Virus record (IMG/VR): IMGVR_UViG_3300012878_000029
Coordinates: 1-25,291 of that record
DNA length: 25,291 bases
Strand: one strand, 5' to 3'
Origin: a virus
Lineage: Duplodnaviria > Caudoviricetes
Below the pieces are notes generated by a model. That model searched no databases and was not told the DNA's origin. It saw only the letters and a program-made list of their open reading frames with translations. Positions within the stretch are counted from its first letter, which is position 1, and every line of letters begins with the position of its first letter. Made by a program: the position numbers and the translations under genes. This document shows positions 8,732 to 17,526 of the stretch, in pieces.

Positions 8732-8943
8732 TAGGCCACCACTCTAACAAGAGGCAGGGCTTCGCCCTTCTTGTCCTTAACTACATAATAGACAGTGCCG
8801 TTTTCAGTCTTAGCACGGACAATATCAAACTTAGCATTGGCTCTGCTCAGGGATTCAAAGTATTCATAGGCAGCGGCCATAGCCTGAGATTGAGTTTTAA
8901 AGAAGCATGGGTAGGTGATACCGTTAATTGTTACTGGGAACAT
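8731..8943 (-). CDS. Hypothetical protein (70 aa)
   Basis: Tightly packed in the operon; its TAA overlaps the next ATG. Confidence 0.65.
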   Translation of the reverse strand: MFPVTINGITYPCFFKTQSQAMAAAYEYFESLSRANAKFDIVRAKTENGTVYYVVKDKKGEALPLVRVVA

Positions 8944-8946
8944 TGT

Positions 8947-9303
8947 TCATTTCCTTTTATTCGATGTGTTGATTGTTGGGCTTGCCGTTATGGCTGGGTT
9001 TGCATTCTGTTGAATGACTACAGGAGTGATGCTAGAGATTGTGTTTTGCACCTCTCTTGGAATCTGTACATCAACGTATTGCTTGAGTTGTTGGCTGTTG
9101 TTGTTGAGCAAGTTTCTAAGCTGCTCTGTCTGTGCGAGATTTGCGTTGACAATCTCTAGCCTCATCATTGAAAGGTCAGATGCTCTTAGGGCTTTGTATT
9201 CATTGATTGTGTTGTGGGCGTCTACTGCTAGAACAGAACACCCAACCAACACGATTAGACAGAGAGCAAAGAGCCAGCCCCACAGCGACGTGAGGGATGG
9301 CAT
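8947..9303 (-). CDS. N-terminal TM plus coiled-coil protein (paralog of 20389..20811)
   Basis: Hydrophobic N-terminus; C-terminal IQQNANPAITASPTINT. Confidence 0.7.
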   Translation of the reverse strand: MPSLTSLWGWLFALCLIVLVGCSVLAVDAHNTINEYKALRASDLSMMRLEIVNANLAQTEQLRNLLNNNSQQLKQYVDVQIPREVQNTISSITPVVIQQNANPAITASPTINTSNKRK

Positions 9304-9306
9304 ATC

Positions 9307-11613
9307 TTAGTTGCCTCTTGCTCTTGTTTGAGTTGCTAGGATGGCAGATGGAGAGTTGGCACGTACAGAGTCTTCAATGGTACGCATTAGCTTATCGTGC
9401 ACATCACCAATCACACCCTGCACCTTGTCTGTTTCAACACCACTGATGCTGGTTTCACCTGTGGTCACATTGATGTTGTAGACAACACTGTTGTTAACAG
9501 CCTGCCCATTAACAGCAGGTTGCACAGGAGGCGTTACAGGAGGCGTAGCCATAACAGCCAGCTTGTTAGGGACAGCAGGAATGTCACTACCATCTGTCAC
9601 ACGCCAATTCTTATCAACAGATGAAACATCGCTGTTATCTGTCAATCTCCAAGGTGCTGTTGGGTCGCTGTTGTTCTTAGCATCAGCTTGAGGACTATCA
9701 CCATCAAGAGCAGCCTTGCGTTTAGCTTGAATGTCTGCACGCTGCTTATCATCTGTCTCACGCTGTTTCACAATGGCTGCATACTTCTCATCAGAGATAC
9801 CGCCAAGGTTATCAGGTAGGAAGTGCAAGCCATCCTGAATGACACGGAATACAGCAGTGAATACATCAACCAATGTCGAGAACACATCAACAATGATTGT
9901 GATAATACCAATCGTTGTCTCACCTACTGTCTTGAGTGCGTCGAATGCAAAGCCCAATCCATCATTACCAAAGACAGAATGCATCAAAGCTTTGGCACTT
10001 ACTCTAAGCTCATCAAATGCAGCTCCAAGCTCTTTGGTAAACTTAGGATCAAACAGGCTGTTGCCATCGTTGAACCAAGCAATCATCTTTGTAAAGTTCT
10101 TAACCAATCCTGTGAAGCCTTGCAGCACATAATTGGATGCATCACCAAGAGCCTCAAACTGAGGTTGTAGTTCGTTCAAAGCTTTAACCACAGACTCATA
10201 CAAACTTGGCATTGTCTTCTCAAGGCCACTCTTGGTGAAGGCAGAAGACAGGTTGGCTTGATATTGGTTGGAGATACGGTTATCCCAAGATTCTTGTGTG
10301 TTGCGAGCTTTATCCAGCAACCCACCTTCGTTGGCACGACGGTCCATAACAGCCCCAAGCTCTACAAAGAACTTCGTAAGCTGCTCACCGCGAATCTTCT
10401 TATCACCACGGTCTTTAGTGAATGCCATCAGAGCAGCATCACCAGTTAGTTTGCCGCCTGTTGCACGTTGCCATGCCTCAGCACCAATAGCGTTCGCATG
10501 CGCTCCAAGGTGTTCAGAGATTTGGCCTGTCCATTCCTCAGAGTACAGTTGTCCTTTACCCAAGGCTTGGCGAATACCAAGGCTAACTTTAGAAATGTTT
10601 TCGTTGGATAGATGCTGAGCCTTACCGTATTTAAGAATACCCTCAGCAACATCAGCAGATTGGTTTACACCCACCTTGGCAGACAATGCACCAACAATCT
10701 TGGCGTAGTCTGCACCGAGAGCTTTTGTACTAAAGCCTTCTGTCTGTGCGAAGTTCTCAAAGCGGGCGTTCATACGCTCAGCGTTCTCAAGCGTCTTTGG
10801 CCCTACAGACTCAAATTGACCAATACGTTGGTTACGGGTGTTAGCAGCGCGCTCAGCTTCACGGGCAAAGGCTGTAGCAGCAGCAGTGACAGCAGCGAAT
10901 GCAGCAACTACCAGAGCAGCAGCACCAGCTACGGCACCTAGGCCAGCAGCAGCCCCACCAAGCCCTCCTGCGAGTGCTCCTAGCCCTTCTACAGCACCAC
11001 CAGCGGCTACCCTACCGGCGAAGTTGCCAACACCACCAAAGCGGTGAATGGCGCTCGTACCGTGGCCCAAGAGGCCAGGGCCATGACGCCCTGTAATGTG
11101 GGTTCCTGCCGATCCTGCTTGCAGACGGTTAAGGCGGTGTTGAGCCATGCTATGACGTACAGCGTCAATCTGTGCCTTACGTTGGGCAGCGGCTGCACGG
11201 TTTGTCAGGTTGAGAGATTTGAGTTGGTTGGCTAGCCCTACTCCCTGTGCCTGTAGGTTGCTGATGGCAGCTCTACGTTGAGCAGCAGCTTGGAGAGCAG
11301 CGAGCTTCTGTTGCTCCTGTTGCAGCTTCACTTGTTGCTGTTGTGTCTTGAGCTGTGTGGCTGCACCCTGCTGTTGCACCTTGGTGAATTTGGCATTTTG
11401 TAGGGCAGCATCAAACTGAGCCTTGTTCATTGCCTGTTGGGCTTGGGCTACACCCTTACCACCAGTGCCCTTGAAAGCATTCTGCATGGCGTTACCCATT
11501 ACCTTCGCCTGCTTTTCAGCAGCTTTCATCAATGCTGTTGCCTGTTTGATTCCAGCAGGATCAACCTTGAAACTTAGCTTGGCGAATAGTTCGGCAATTG
11601 CTTGTTCATTCAT
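9307..11613 (-). CDS. Tail tape measure protein
   Basis: 768 aa, Ala/Gly/Gln-rich and helical. N-terminal IAELFAKLSFKVD and tape-measure domain motif QALGKGQLYSEEWTGQISEHL. Confidence 0.88.
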   Translation of the reverse strand: MNEQAIAELFAKLSFKVDPAGIKQATALMKAAEKQAKVMGNAMQNAFKGTGGKGVAQAQQAMNKAQFDAALQNAKFTKVQQQGAATQLKTQQQQVKLQQEQQKLAALQAAAQRRAAISNLQAQGVGLANQLKSLNLTNRAAAAQRKAQIDAVRHSMAQHRLNRLQAGSAGTHITGRHGPGLLGHGTSAIHRFGGVGNFAGRVAAGGAVEGLGALAGGLGGAAAGLGAVAGAAALVVAAFAAVTAAATAFAREAERAANTRNQRIGQFESVGPKTLENAERMNARFENFAQTEGFSTKALGADYAKIVGALSAKVGVNQSADVAEGILKYGKAQHLSNENISKVSLGIRQALGKGQLYSEEWTGQISEHLGAHANAIGAEAWQRATGGKLTGDAALMAFTKDRGDKKIRGEQLTKFFVELGAVMDRRANEGGLLDKARNTQESWDNRISNQYQANLSSAFTKSGLEKTMPSLYESVVKALNELQPQFEALGDASNYVLQGFTGLVKNFTKMIAWFNDGNSLFDPKFTKELGAAFDELRVSAKALMHSVFGNDGLGFAFDALKTVGETTIGIITIIVDVFSTLVDVFTAVFRVIQDGLHFLPDNLGGISDEKYAAIVKQRETDDKQRADIQAKRKAALDGDSPQADAKNNSDPTAPWRLTDNSDVSSVDKNWRVTDGSDIPAVPNKLAVMATPPVTPPVQPAVNGQAVNNSVVYNINVTTGETSISGVETDKVQGVIGDVHDKLMRTIEDSVRANSPSAILATQTRARGN

Positions 11614-11619
11614 AGAACA

Positions 11620-12072
11620 TTACTCCTGTGCTTTGTCTGCTGGCAGACGATCAACAAGGATTTCAATTGCTCGCTCTTGTACACCTTCGCTTGCATCAGC
11701 AATGGCATCTGTCATGGCAACTGGATTGAAAGCACCAGAGGTTAGAAGGCGTGCATTCACTTCAAAATTGCTGTTCTCATCAATGGATGGAGCAACGTGC
11801 ATGATGGCTTGATCTAGTGCGTAAGACGCGCGTAGCACACGTTCATCACTCAGCGCCTTGTCAGCGTATTTCAAATCAGAGTAAGAGCAGTGTTTAAAAA
11901 CCTCTTCACCAAAACGCTTGCCGTATTCTTTGAAGTCGATGAAAGCTAGAGTTGCTTCTACGTTAATCTCATTGCCTGCCACTTCTGTCAGGGCTTTGCG
12001 GAAAAGGTTTTCTACAAAGTCTTCAAAGTAGGCAGCGTGTGTTCTTGTCAATATTGTTTCTGTCTTGGACAT
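11620..12072 (-). CDS. Hypothetical helical protein (150 aa)
   Basis: Start at MSKTETIL (ATG at 12072, AAGGA RBS). Lies directly upstream of the tape measure gene. Confidence 0.7.
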   Translation of the reverse strand: MSKTETILTRTHAAYFEDFVENLFRKALTEVAGNEINVEATLAFIDFKEYGKRFGEEVFKHCSYSDLKYADKALSDERVLRASYALDQAIMHVAPSIDENSNFEVNARLLTSGAFNPVAMTDAIADASEGVQERAIEILVDRLPADKAQE

Positions 12073-12182
12073 ATTTGTAATCCTTATAAAAGAAAAGGGA
12101 CACACCCTGAAAGTACGTCCCTTAGCGATGTATTGTTAGAAGAGGCATAGGAAATCTGTTTTCCTATACATCCTCACGTAAA

Positions 12183-12554
12183 CTACTTATTAAAATTGAA
12201 CACCAATCCTTGCTGTGGCTTCACCTTTCCTTTTGCATCTACACCATCTTTAACTCTGGTCTTGGATGGGATAAATCTAGGAGTGAATCCAAGGAAAATC
12301 TCTTTGCACTTGTCCTTCACTGTTGGCTCATCCTTTCTTGGACGGCCAGCCCTGCGAGGAACAATAGGCAAATCTGCTGTTTCAAATTCTGCCACTTCCT
12401 TAGCCACTTCAATCAAGTGTTCAAGCATGTGAATGTGTTCTTCTGGATAACCACAACGGATAGCACTAGCTAATGCGTCTTCAAGTGGTTTGATTGTCTT
12501 TCTGTAGATGCGAGCGGAATACCTAAGTTCCTGCTCTGCTGTCATCTTGTTCAT
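12183..12554 (-). CDS. Hypothetical basic protein with AT-hook-like motif
   Basis: RRAGRPRK motif; 123 aa. Confidence 0.7.
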   Translation of the reverse strand: MNKMTAEQELRYSARIYRKTIKPLEDALASAIRCGYPEEHIHMLEHLIEVAKEVAEFETADLPIVPRRAGRPRKDEPTVKDKCKEIFLGFTPRFIPSKTRVKDGVDAKGKVKPQQGLVFNFNK

Positions 12555-12691
12555 TCGTCATTCTCCCTGTATTCCCTCTTAACACCACGGGATGCTAGAC
12601 GGTGTTTGTCTTTGTGCTTTGGTTTGGAACGGGTGTGGTCTGTTTCCCATTCGTCGTATTCGTTGTGTTTGGGCTTGTTGCGTTGTCTCAT
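12551..12691 (-). CDS. Small charged protein (46 aa), not in the ORF track
   Basis: MRQRNKPKHNEYDEWETDHTRSKPKHKDKHRLASRGVKREYRENDE. ATGA overlaps with both neighbouring genes, indicating translational coupling. Confidence 0.7.
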   Translation of the reverse strand: MRQRNKPKHNEYDEWETDHTRSKPKHKDKHRLASRGVKREYRENDE

Positions 12692-12975
12692 TTGTTACCG
12701 TACTTAGCCTTTAGAATGTCTGTTGTCATCTGCACTGTGTTTCTCATTGGTTCACCATTCATCTTAATCACTTTCACCTGTACATCATCTAGGGTTTGGC
12801 CCTTGTCATAGATGGCGATCAATTCATTGCTATTAGCTCTTGCAAACTTGTACAGCTCATTGAATTGATCAGAGGTGAAGCCAGAAGCAGCTAGAGTGAG
12901 TGCATCAGCAATCTCTTGATGATTGGGAAACATAATATCAAATAGGGATTTACGGATTTCTTGTACTGTTGTCAT
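12688..12975 (-). CDS. Hypothetical protein (95 aa)
   Basis: AAGGAG RBS; ends TTDILKAKYGNK. Confidence 0.75.
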   Translation of the reverse strand: MTTVQEIRKSLFDIMFPNHQEIADALTLAASGFTSDQFNELYKFARANSNELIAIYDKGQTLDDVQVKVIKMNGEPMRNTVQMTTDILKAKYGNK

Positions 12976-13013
12976 AACTGCTCCTTGAATAAATGTGCGT
13001 GCGTGAGGGCTAT

Positions 13014-13346
13014 TTAAAGCCCATACTTCGCCTTGAGGATGCTTGTAGTTTTGTCTACCGCTGCTTGTGCCTGTTGCGTCTTGATGGATGCTGCTACGTC
13101 TCCAACGATGGAAAGGAATACATCATCAGAATGCATTGCTAGGTTCTCAATATAAGCCTCAGCAGCCGCATCTGTTAGCCCAAGAGCAACTAGGTAAGAC
13201 TTACGATCAAGAGCCGTTTCACTCTTTGTAATCTTCTCAGCACCAATGCCATGCTGTGCCAGCAACTCAAGCTCTTTAGATTTCTGCACTGTTGCTGTTG
13301 GCTTGGTGACAAGAACTGTTTTGAATGTGTATTGCTGCTTGCTCAT
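13014..13346 (-). CDS. Hypothetical protein (110 aa)
   Basis: Coupled to the upstream stop; ends TTSILKAKYGL. Confidence 0.75.
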   Translation of the reverse strand: MSKQQYTFKTVLVTKPTATVQKSKELELLAQHGIGAEKITKSETALDRKSYLVALGLTDAAAEAYIENLAMHSDDVFLSIVGDVAASIKTQQAQAAVDKTTSILKAKYGL

Positions 13347-13540
13347 CAGTTGTCACCTTTTGGCGGCAACATGGATACTAGAAACACAGCACTGTTGTTA
13401 GCATCAGCAGGCAAGTGATAGAGATAGTCAGAGCGGGTGTAACCTTGGCTCACCAGCTCATCATATTCTTCAATCAACTCAACAAACGAACTAGCGGAAA
13501 TACTGTGGTATGTCTTGGTGTCTTTAGATTTGAATGTCAT
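13346..13540 (-). CDS. Hypothetical protein (64 aa)
   Basis: Start and stop overlap the neighbours on both sides. Confidence 0.7.
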   Translation of the reverse strand: MTFKSKDTKTYHSISASSFVELIEEYDELVSQGYTRSDYLYHLPADANNSAVFLVSMLPPKGDN

Positions 13541-14076
13541 TACTTAGTCACCTTAGAGCCACGCATACGCTCACGGACACGTCTATCAAGGTCAGCAGCG
13601 GCTCTTGCTGCATCTTCTGCTTTGAGCTGGGCAGCTACTCGGGCTTCTTCTTCTGCCAGAGCTTTTGCCTCTTGCTGATAAACCTTGTCATTGTGGGCTT
13701 CAATCTCTGCCTCATAACGCTTGGCAACCTCAGCGGCAATACCCTTGGCGTCTTCTGCTTGTTGGGCTTCTGGCTTCACAACGTAGAAGGTAGTGACATA
13801 CGGGGTGATTGTTGGCTGTAGGTGCCCACCAGTGAACAGCTTGTAGCCTTCGTCTAGCTTCGCTTGAAGTTCGATAACAGCAAGGTGAGTGGATTGGTGA
13901 ATCACTTCCTCAACAGCACCTAGGAACATTCTACGGGGTGCATTACCACGCGCATCTAGTGGTGCTGATTCATCAGGGCCAAAGCCAGTTTTACGAATGG
14001 CGTAGGCTTCCATTTCACAAGCAACTAGGTGTTGCAGGTCGGATTTGTCGGCTTTGCGTAGGGTTAGAGTTGTCAT
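13540..14076 (-). CDS. Hypothetical protein with C-terminal coiled coil (178 aa)
   Basis: AAGGA RBS; Ala/Glu-rich helical tail. Confidence 0.75.
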   Translation of the reverse strand: MTTLTLRKADKSDLQHLVACEMEAYAIRKTGFGPDESAPLDARGNAPRRMFLGAVEEVIHQSTHLAVIELQAKLDEGYKLFTGGHLQPTITPYVTTFYVVKPEAQQAEDAKGIAAEVAKRYEAEIEAHNDKVYQQEAKALAEEEARVAAQLKAEDAARAAADLDRRVRERMRGSKVTK

Positions 14077-14092
14077 GTTTGGATTCCTTGTA

Positions 14093-14284
14093 TTAATTAG
14101 ACGGAGTAGAAAGGGTTACAGCTTTGTTGTGCAGGTATTCAAAATCAATGACGTCTTGTCTTGTCATATCTTTGTATTCAGCAGGAGCTGTGTGGTAAGC
14201 GTTTAGAGCTTGATCAAGTAGCTGCTAGGTTTGCTTAGCTAGCAGATTTGCTTGGAATTCTGGGGTGTTGGCTTGCATCTTCAT
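14093..14284 (-). pseudogene. Small gene with an in-frame TAG at codon 20
   Basis: AAGGA RBS, then MKMQANTPEFQANLLAKQT*QLLDQALNAYHTAPAEYKDMTRQDVIDFEYLHNKAVTLSTPSN*. It fills the gap between its neighbours almost exactly. Confidence 0.55.
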
Positions 14285-14308
14285 TTGTCCTTGTATGTGT
14301 GCCGGGGC

Positions 14309-14632
14309 TTAGGCTGTTGCTTTCTTACGTGTAGCTTTTGGAGCTGGGGTGATTGGGGTGATGCCGTATTGAGCATCAATGTTGCTGTAGATGGCCTGTA
14401 GTTCGCTTGCCTGTACATCGGCTGGCTTTTCCATATGCACCACCTGATTCACAGAGAGATTCATGTTGGCAGCAATGATGAAACTATCAGGAGCACGCTT
14501 GTAACCTTTGGCAATCAGAGCATCATATTGCTTAAACATATCAGTGACGTAGTTGGTATAAATCACTTCGTATTTGCCATGCTTCTCATACTTGGCTAAG
14601 GCTTCATCTTTGAGGGCTTGAATATCGGTCAT
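14309..14632 (-). CDS. Hypothetical protein (107 aa)
   Basis: AAGGAG RBS; basic C-terminal tail. Confidence 0.75.
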   Translation of the reverse strand: MTDIQALKDEALAKYEKHGKYEVIYTNYVTDMFKQYDALIAKGYKRAPDSFIIAANMNLSVNQVVHMEKPADVQASELQAIYSNIDAQYGITPITPAPKATRKKATA

Positions 14633-14641
14633 TGGTACTCC

Positions 14642-14863
14642 TTAAAATTCAATGTTGTTCAGGAAGCACCATTCTGCATACTCTTCTAGCTTGGCGTCTT
14701 CACAGTCATTTGGGTATCTGTTGTTCTTGATGAAAACCATAGATTCATGGGTCATGCTTCCATCTTCATCAAATGTTGCGATGAACTGTCTACGCCATTC
14801 AGCATCAGACAGAGTTGTTAGAGTGCCAATATCAATCTGGCGTTCGAGGTGAGTCATTGTCAT
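14642..14863 (-). CDS. Hypothetical acidic protein (73 aa)
   Basis: AAGGA RBS; in operon. Confidence 0.65.
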   Translation of the reverse strand: MTMTHLERQIDIGTLTTLSDAEWRRQFIATFDEDGSMTHESMVFIKNNRYPNDCEDAKLEEYAEWCFLNNIEF

Positions 14864-14956
14864 TGCATTATTCCTTGTGGCGCTCTACAAGTTTGTAGAT
14901 TGCTGTGATGCCAAAGTAGGCTGTTGCGATACTGACGGCGATAAGGGCTGTAATAG

Positions 14957-15259
14957 TCATTGCTGTTGCTTCTTCTTCAATAGGGTGTAAAGCAGGCTCT
15001 CTTTCCGTTCCTTCATTTCCTCTGGTGTTTCTGTCCAGAGAACACCAAGCGCACCAATGATTTCAGTTTGAGAGAGTTGGCTGATAGCGTTACTCATGTA
15101 CTCAACCACTGTCTGCTGTGCTTGAGACGCTTGCTTATCTGCACTGTGCTTGTTTCTGTGTGCGTGGCATCTGCACGATGTAGAGCAGAATCGGGATTTG
15201 CTAGTAAGGGCTGTGTAATGGCTGTTACACCACTGACAGAATCTTTTGATTGCGGCCAT
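14957..15259 (-). CDS. C4 zinc-finger protein (100 aa)
   Basis: Start at MAAIKRF (ATG at 15259, AAGGA RBS). CQWC...FCSTSCRCHAHR. Confidence 0.75.
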   Translation of the reverse strand: MAAIKRFCQWCNSHYTALTSKSRFCSTSCRCHAHRNKHSADKQASQAQQTVVEYMSNAISQLSQTEIIGALGVLWTETPEEMKERKESLLYTLLKKKQQQ

Positions 15260-15325
15260 GGTAAGTTTTCCTTGTGATTGAGTTTTGTGAACGAAACTGA
15301 GAACGATAGAATCCCCAAGCACAAC

Positions 15326-15344
15326 AAAAGGCCACGAATGGCCT
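15326..15344 (-). terminator. Intrinsic terminator AGGCCA-TTCG-TGGCCT-TTTGTTGT
   Basis: 6-bp stem, UUCG loop and U-rich tail on the minus strand. Confidence 0.75.
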
Positions 15345-15922
15345 AATGTGCTACAAGGAAATTGTATTGAATTAGATAACGGCGATCCCTACGAACTAGC
15401 CGTCTGTAGTTCCAACAGGACAGAATTGCCCTTGTAGGTAGCTGCACCAGCATTCGCCACACTGGACAGCTTACGCTTGCAAACATCAAGGATATGGCGT
15501 TGGCCTTGATGAATGAAGGAGAGTGTTTGTTATGAAGTCGAGGCCAAGTAGTTCGCACAGATACTTGGCAAATCTGCAAACAGGCACGTTAAGCCTTGCG
15601 ATGGAGGAAGCGGTGTTTATCGCCAGTGACCGCTACACTGTCTCAGGGTCTGTGGCCCTTGCGAATCTTTGAATTATTGCCTGTTGTGAGCATCGTACAG
15701 GCAGACGATAAGGAACCGTTAAAAGGCTACGTGTACTTTTAACGTATGCTCTATGGGGAATTCTTGCCAGCTATCTAACCTACTGGCTAAGGGTGACGGT
15801 CAAAGGAGGGAAAGACGCCACGACACGGCTAACAACGTATCTTAGAATTTTGGAGTGTGTGGATATTGGCTATTCCACAAGAGGGGGTGTAGGAATGTGA
15901 GCATAATCGCTTATCCCCTACC
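15326..15922 (-). ncRNA. Candidate large structured non-coding RNA or leader (about 600 nt)
   Basis: Lies between a promoter (15929-15956) and a terminator (15326-15344), has no convincing ORF, and shows at least ten stem-loops plus several 6-bp loop-to-distal complementarities. Confidence 0.6.
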
Positions 15923-15928
15923 ACTATA

Positions 15929-15956
15929 AGTATAGCATATGTTTAGAGCATGTCAA
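15929..15956 (-). promoter_or_regulatory. Sigma70-like promoter TTGACA-16-TATACT with extended -10 (TGn)
   Basis: Minus strand reads TTGACATGCTCTAAACATATGCTATACT. Confidence 0.7.
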
Positions 15957-16040
15957 CCGCTATGTGTTAAAATTAATGTGATTTTCAACACTTTGTGTTT
16001 AGTGATGATGAAACAGGCGGGATTTGTGACAAGTGTACGG

Positions 16041-16316
16041 TTAGCGTGCCTTCGACTCTTCAAACACTGCTGTGCTTGTGAATCCGTAAAGGCTGTACAC
16101 CTCACTCATCACGCCAATTCCGTACATCTTCACAATCGACCTGAGTTCATTCTTGCTTCTCTCAAGGCGGGCTGTGGCGTTGATTCGGTTGGCGTGCTTG
16201 ATCTGAGTGACAAGCTGTCTGATACGGTCTTGTACAGTGTCCGTCACCACCTCATTACAGGTGGCTTGGGTTCCATTCAATACCGACTCCGCTACCGCTT
16301 CTGTTGTATCTCGCAT
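16041..16316 (-). CDS. Hypothetical protein (91 aa)
   Basis: Start at MRDTTEAV (ATG at 16316) after a GGAGG RBS. Overlaps the end of the upstream ORF. Confidence 0.55.
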   Translation of the reverse strand: MRDTTEAVAESVLNGTQATCNEVVTDTVQDRIRQLVTQIKHANRINATARLERSKNELRSIVKMYGIGVMSEVYSLYGFTSTAVFEESKAR

Positions 16317-17394
16317 TGCTCTTGCCTCCTGTGTACTTGGTGATATCGAATCCTGCTGTTTTGGAATGTGGATTATACACTGTATCAGTGTGTGTTGCAA
16401 ATACAATCTCACATTCATCAGGCTCATCGTTCATCAGTTCTTTCAGGTAAGAAGCATATGCTTCATCTTCTGCCCTAATGCGCGCCTGAGTGGCTTCCAC
16501 TTGTTCGGCTGTGGCAACACCAACAGCGGCAAACGGGTCATCCGATTCATCAGCAATAGCTACAGGAGCTGGCTCTACGGCGTCTACAGGCTGTGCAATT
16601 CCCTCAGCAATCTCAACATCAGCCAGGAAGTCAAAGAACGGGTCAAGGGTGTTGCTTGCATCATCCTTCACAGGAGCTTCTACAACGTCTTGTTGCTTGT
16701 TGGCTGGGATGGCAGCAAGGGCCAAGTCTTCTGTACCGTCTAGCGCGTCTGTGACGCTCAGGGAACGTGCCAGCAGAGTGCTTGTAGGCTCTGGGCTGTA
16801 CTCTTTGATTGCCAGCTTGAGAATGTGGCGACGGGCTGCATATTGCTGCTTGCGTTGGGCTTCTGTGGATTCGATTTGGTCAGCATCTTGGCCTGTGGCG
16901 AATTGCTCCATGAAAGCGTTTTCCATGTCAGCAATAACGGCTGCAAGTTCCAAGGCGAAGGTTTCCAGAGCTACACGGCTAGCTGTTGGTTGTTCATCAC
17001 AAACCCAGTCAGGCACGAATTGCAGGGTAAGGCCGGTGTCTTCTACCAGTTCTGCACAGCGTTGCTTGATGCTGTAGATGTGGTCTTTGTTGTACGTCGC
17101 ACCGTAGATGCTGTGGGCGATGGTGCGCAGCTCGTACTCTTTGCACCCTTGAGGACGTACAGCGAGGGCGTAGGCTTGTTGAGCAGCGGTGTTGAGCTTG
17201 TTAGGGCGGGAAGTCTTAGCGGCTGGAGCGGCTTTGTTGGCTCCCTTCACAGCACCACTCATGTGCTGGTTAACAAAGCGTTCTTTCAGACCAGTCTCTT
17301 TGATGATGGCACGGCGGGATTTGCCAGCCTCAACCATGCTGTGTACTAGGGCAATGTTAGCTTGAATCTGTTCTTGTGTGAGCTTGTCTTTCAT
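16255..17394 (-). CDS. HTH-containing protein, candidate replication initiator
   Basis: 379 aa with an N-terminal HTH-like segment (VEAGKSRRAIIKETGLKERFVNQHM) and an acidic C-terminal half. Lies directly downstream of the iteron array, which overlaps its promoter. The Rep function is inferred. Confidence 0.6.
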   Translation of the reverse strand: MKDKLTQEQIQANIALVHSMVEAGKSRRAIIKETGLKERFVNQHMSGAVKGANKAAPAAKTSRPNKLNTAAQQAYALAVRPQGCKEYELRTIAHSIYGATYNKDHIYSIKQRCAELVEDTGLTLQFVPDWVCDEQPTASRVALETFALELAAVIADMENAFMEQFATGQDADQIESTEAQRKQQYAARRHILKLAIKEYSPEPTSTLLARSLSVTDALDGTEDLALAAIPANKQQDVVEAPVKDDASNTLDPFFDFLADVEIAEGIAQPVDAVEPAPVAIADESDDPFAAVGVATAEQVEATQARIRAEDEAYASYLKELMNDEPDECEIVFATHTDTVYNPHSKTAGFDITKYTGGKSNARYNRSGSGVGIEWNPSHL

Positions 17395-17498
17395 ATTCGT
17401 TTTCCTTGTATTCGTTGTGTGTGCATGCCATGCTGTTCATGGTTCACCTCGTTGATGTGATTTGTTGGCGTGAGAAATATTTCTCTCCCTACACCATT

Positions 17499-17526
17499 AG
17501 CATATCACATTTGTCACCACTGTCAA
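17499..17526 (-). promoter_or_regulatory. Sigma70-like promoter TTGACA-16-TATGCT (extended -10) with an iteron in its spacer
   Basis: Minus strand reads TTGACAGTGGTGACAAATGTGATATGCT. Confidence 0.65.

Noticed and set aside
9397-11812. Plus-strand ORFs opposite the tape measure gene (likewise opposite 16255..17394, 22110..23090 and the integrase)
   Set aside because: Shadow frames of well-supported minus-strand genes.
15343-15579. 78-aa ORF inside the candidate ncRNA
   Set aside because: Non-ATG start, no clear RBS, no recognisable protein features, and it covers under half of the structured interval.
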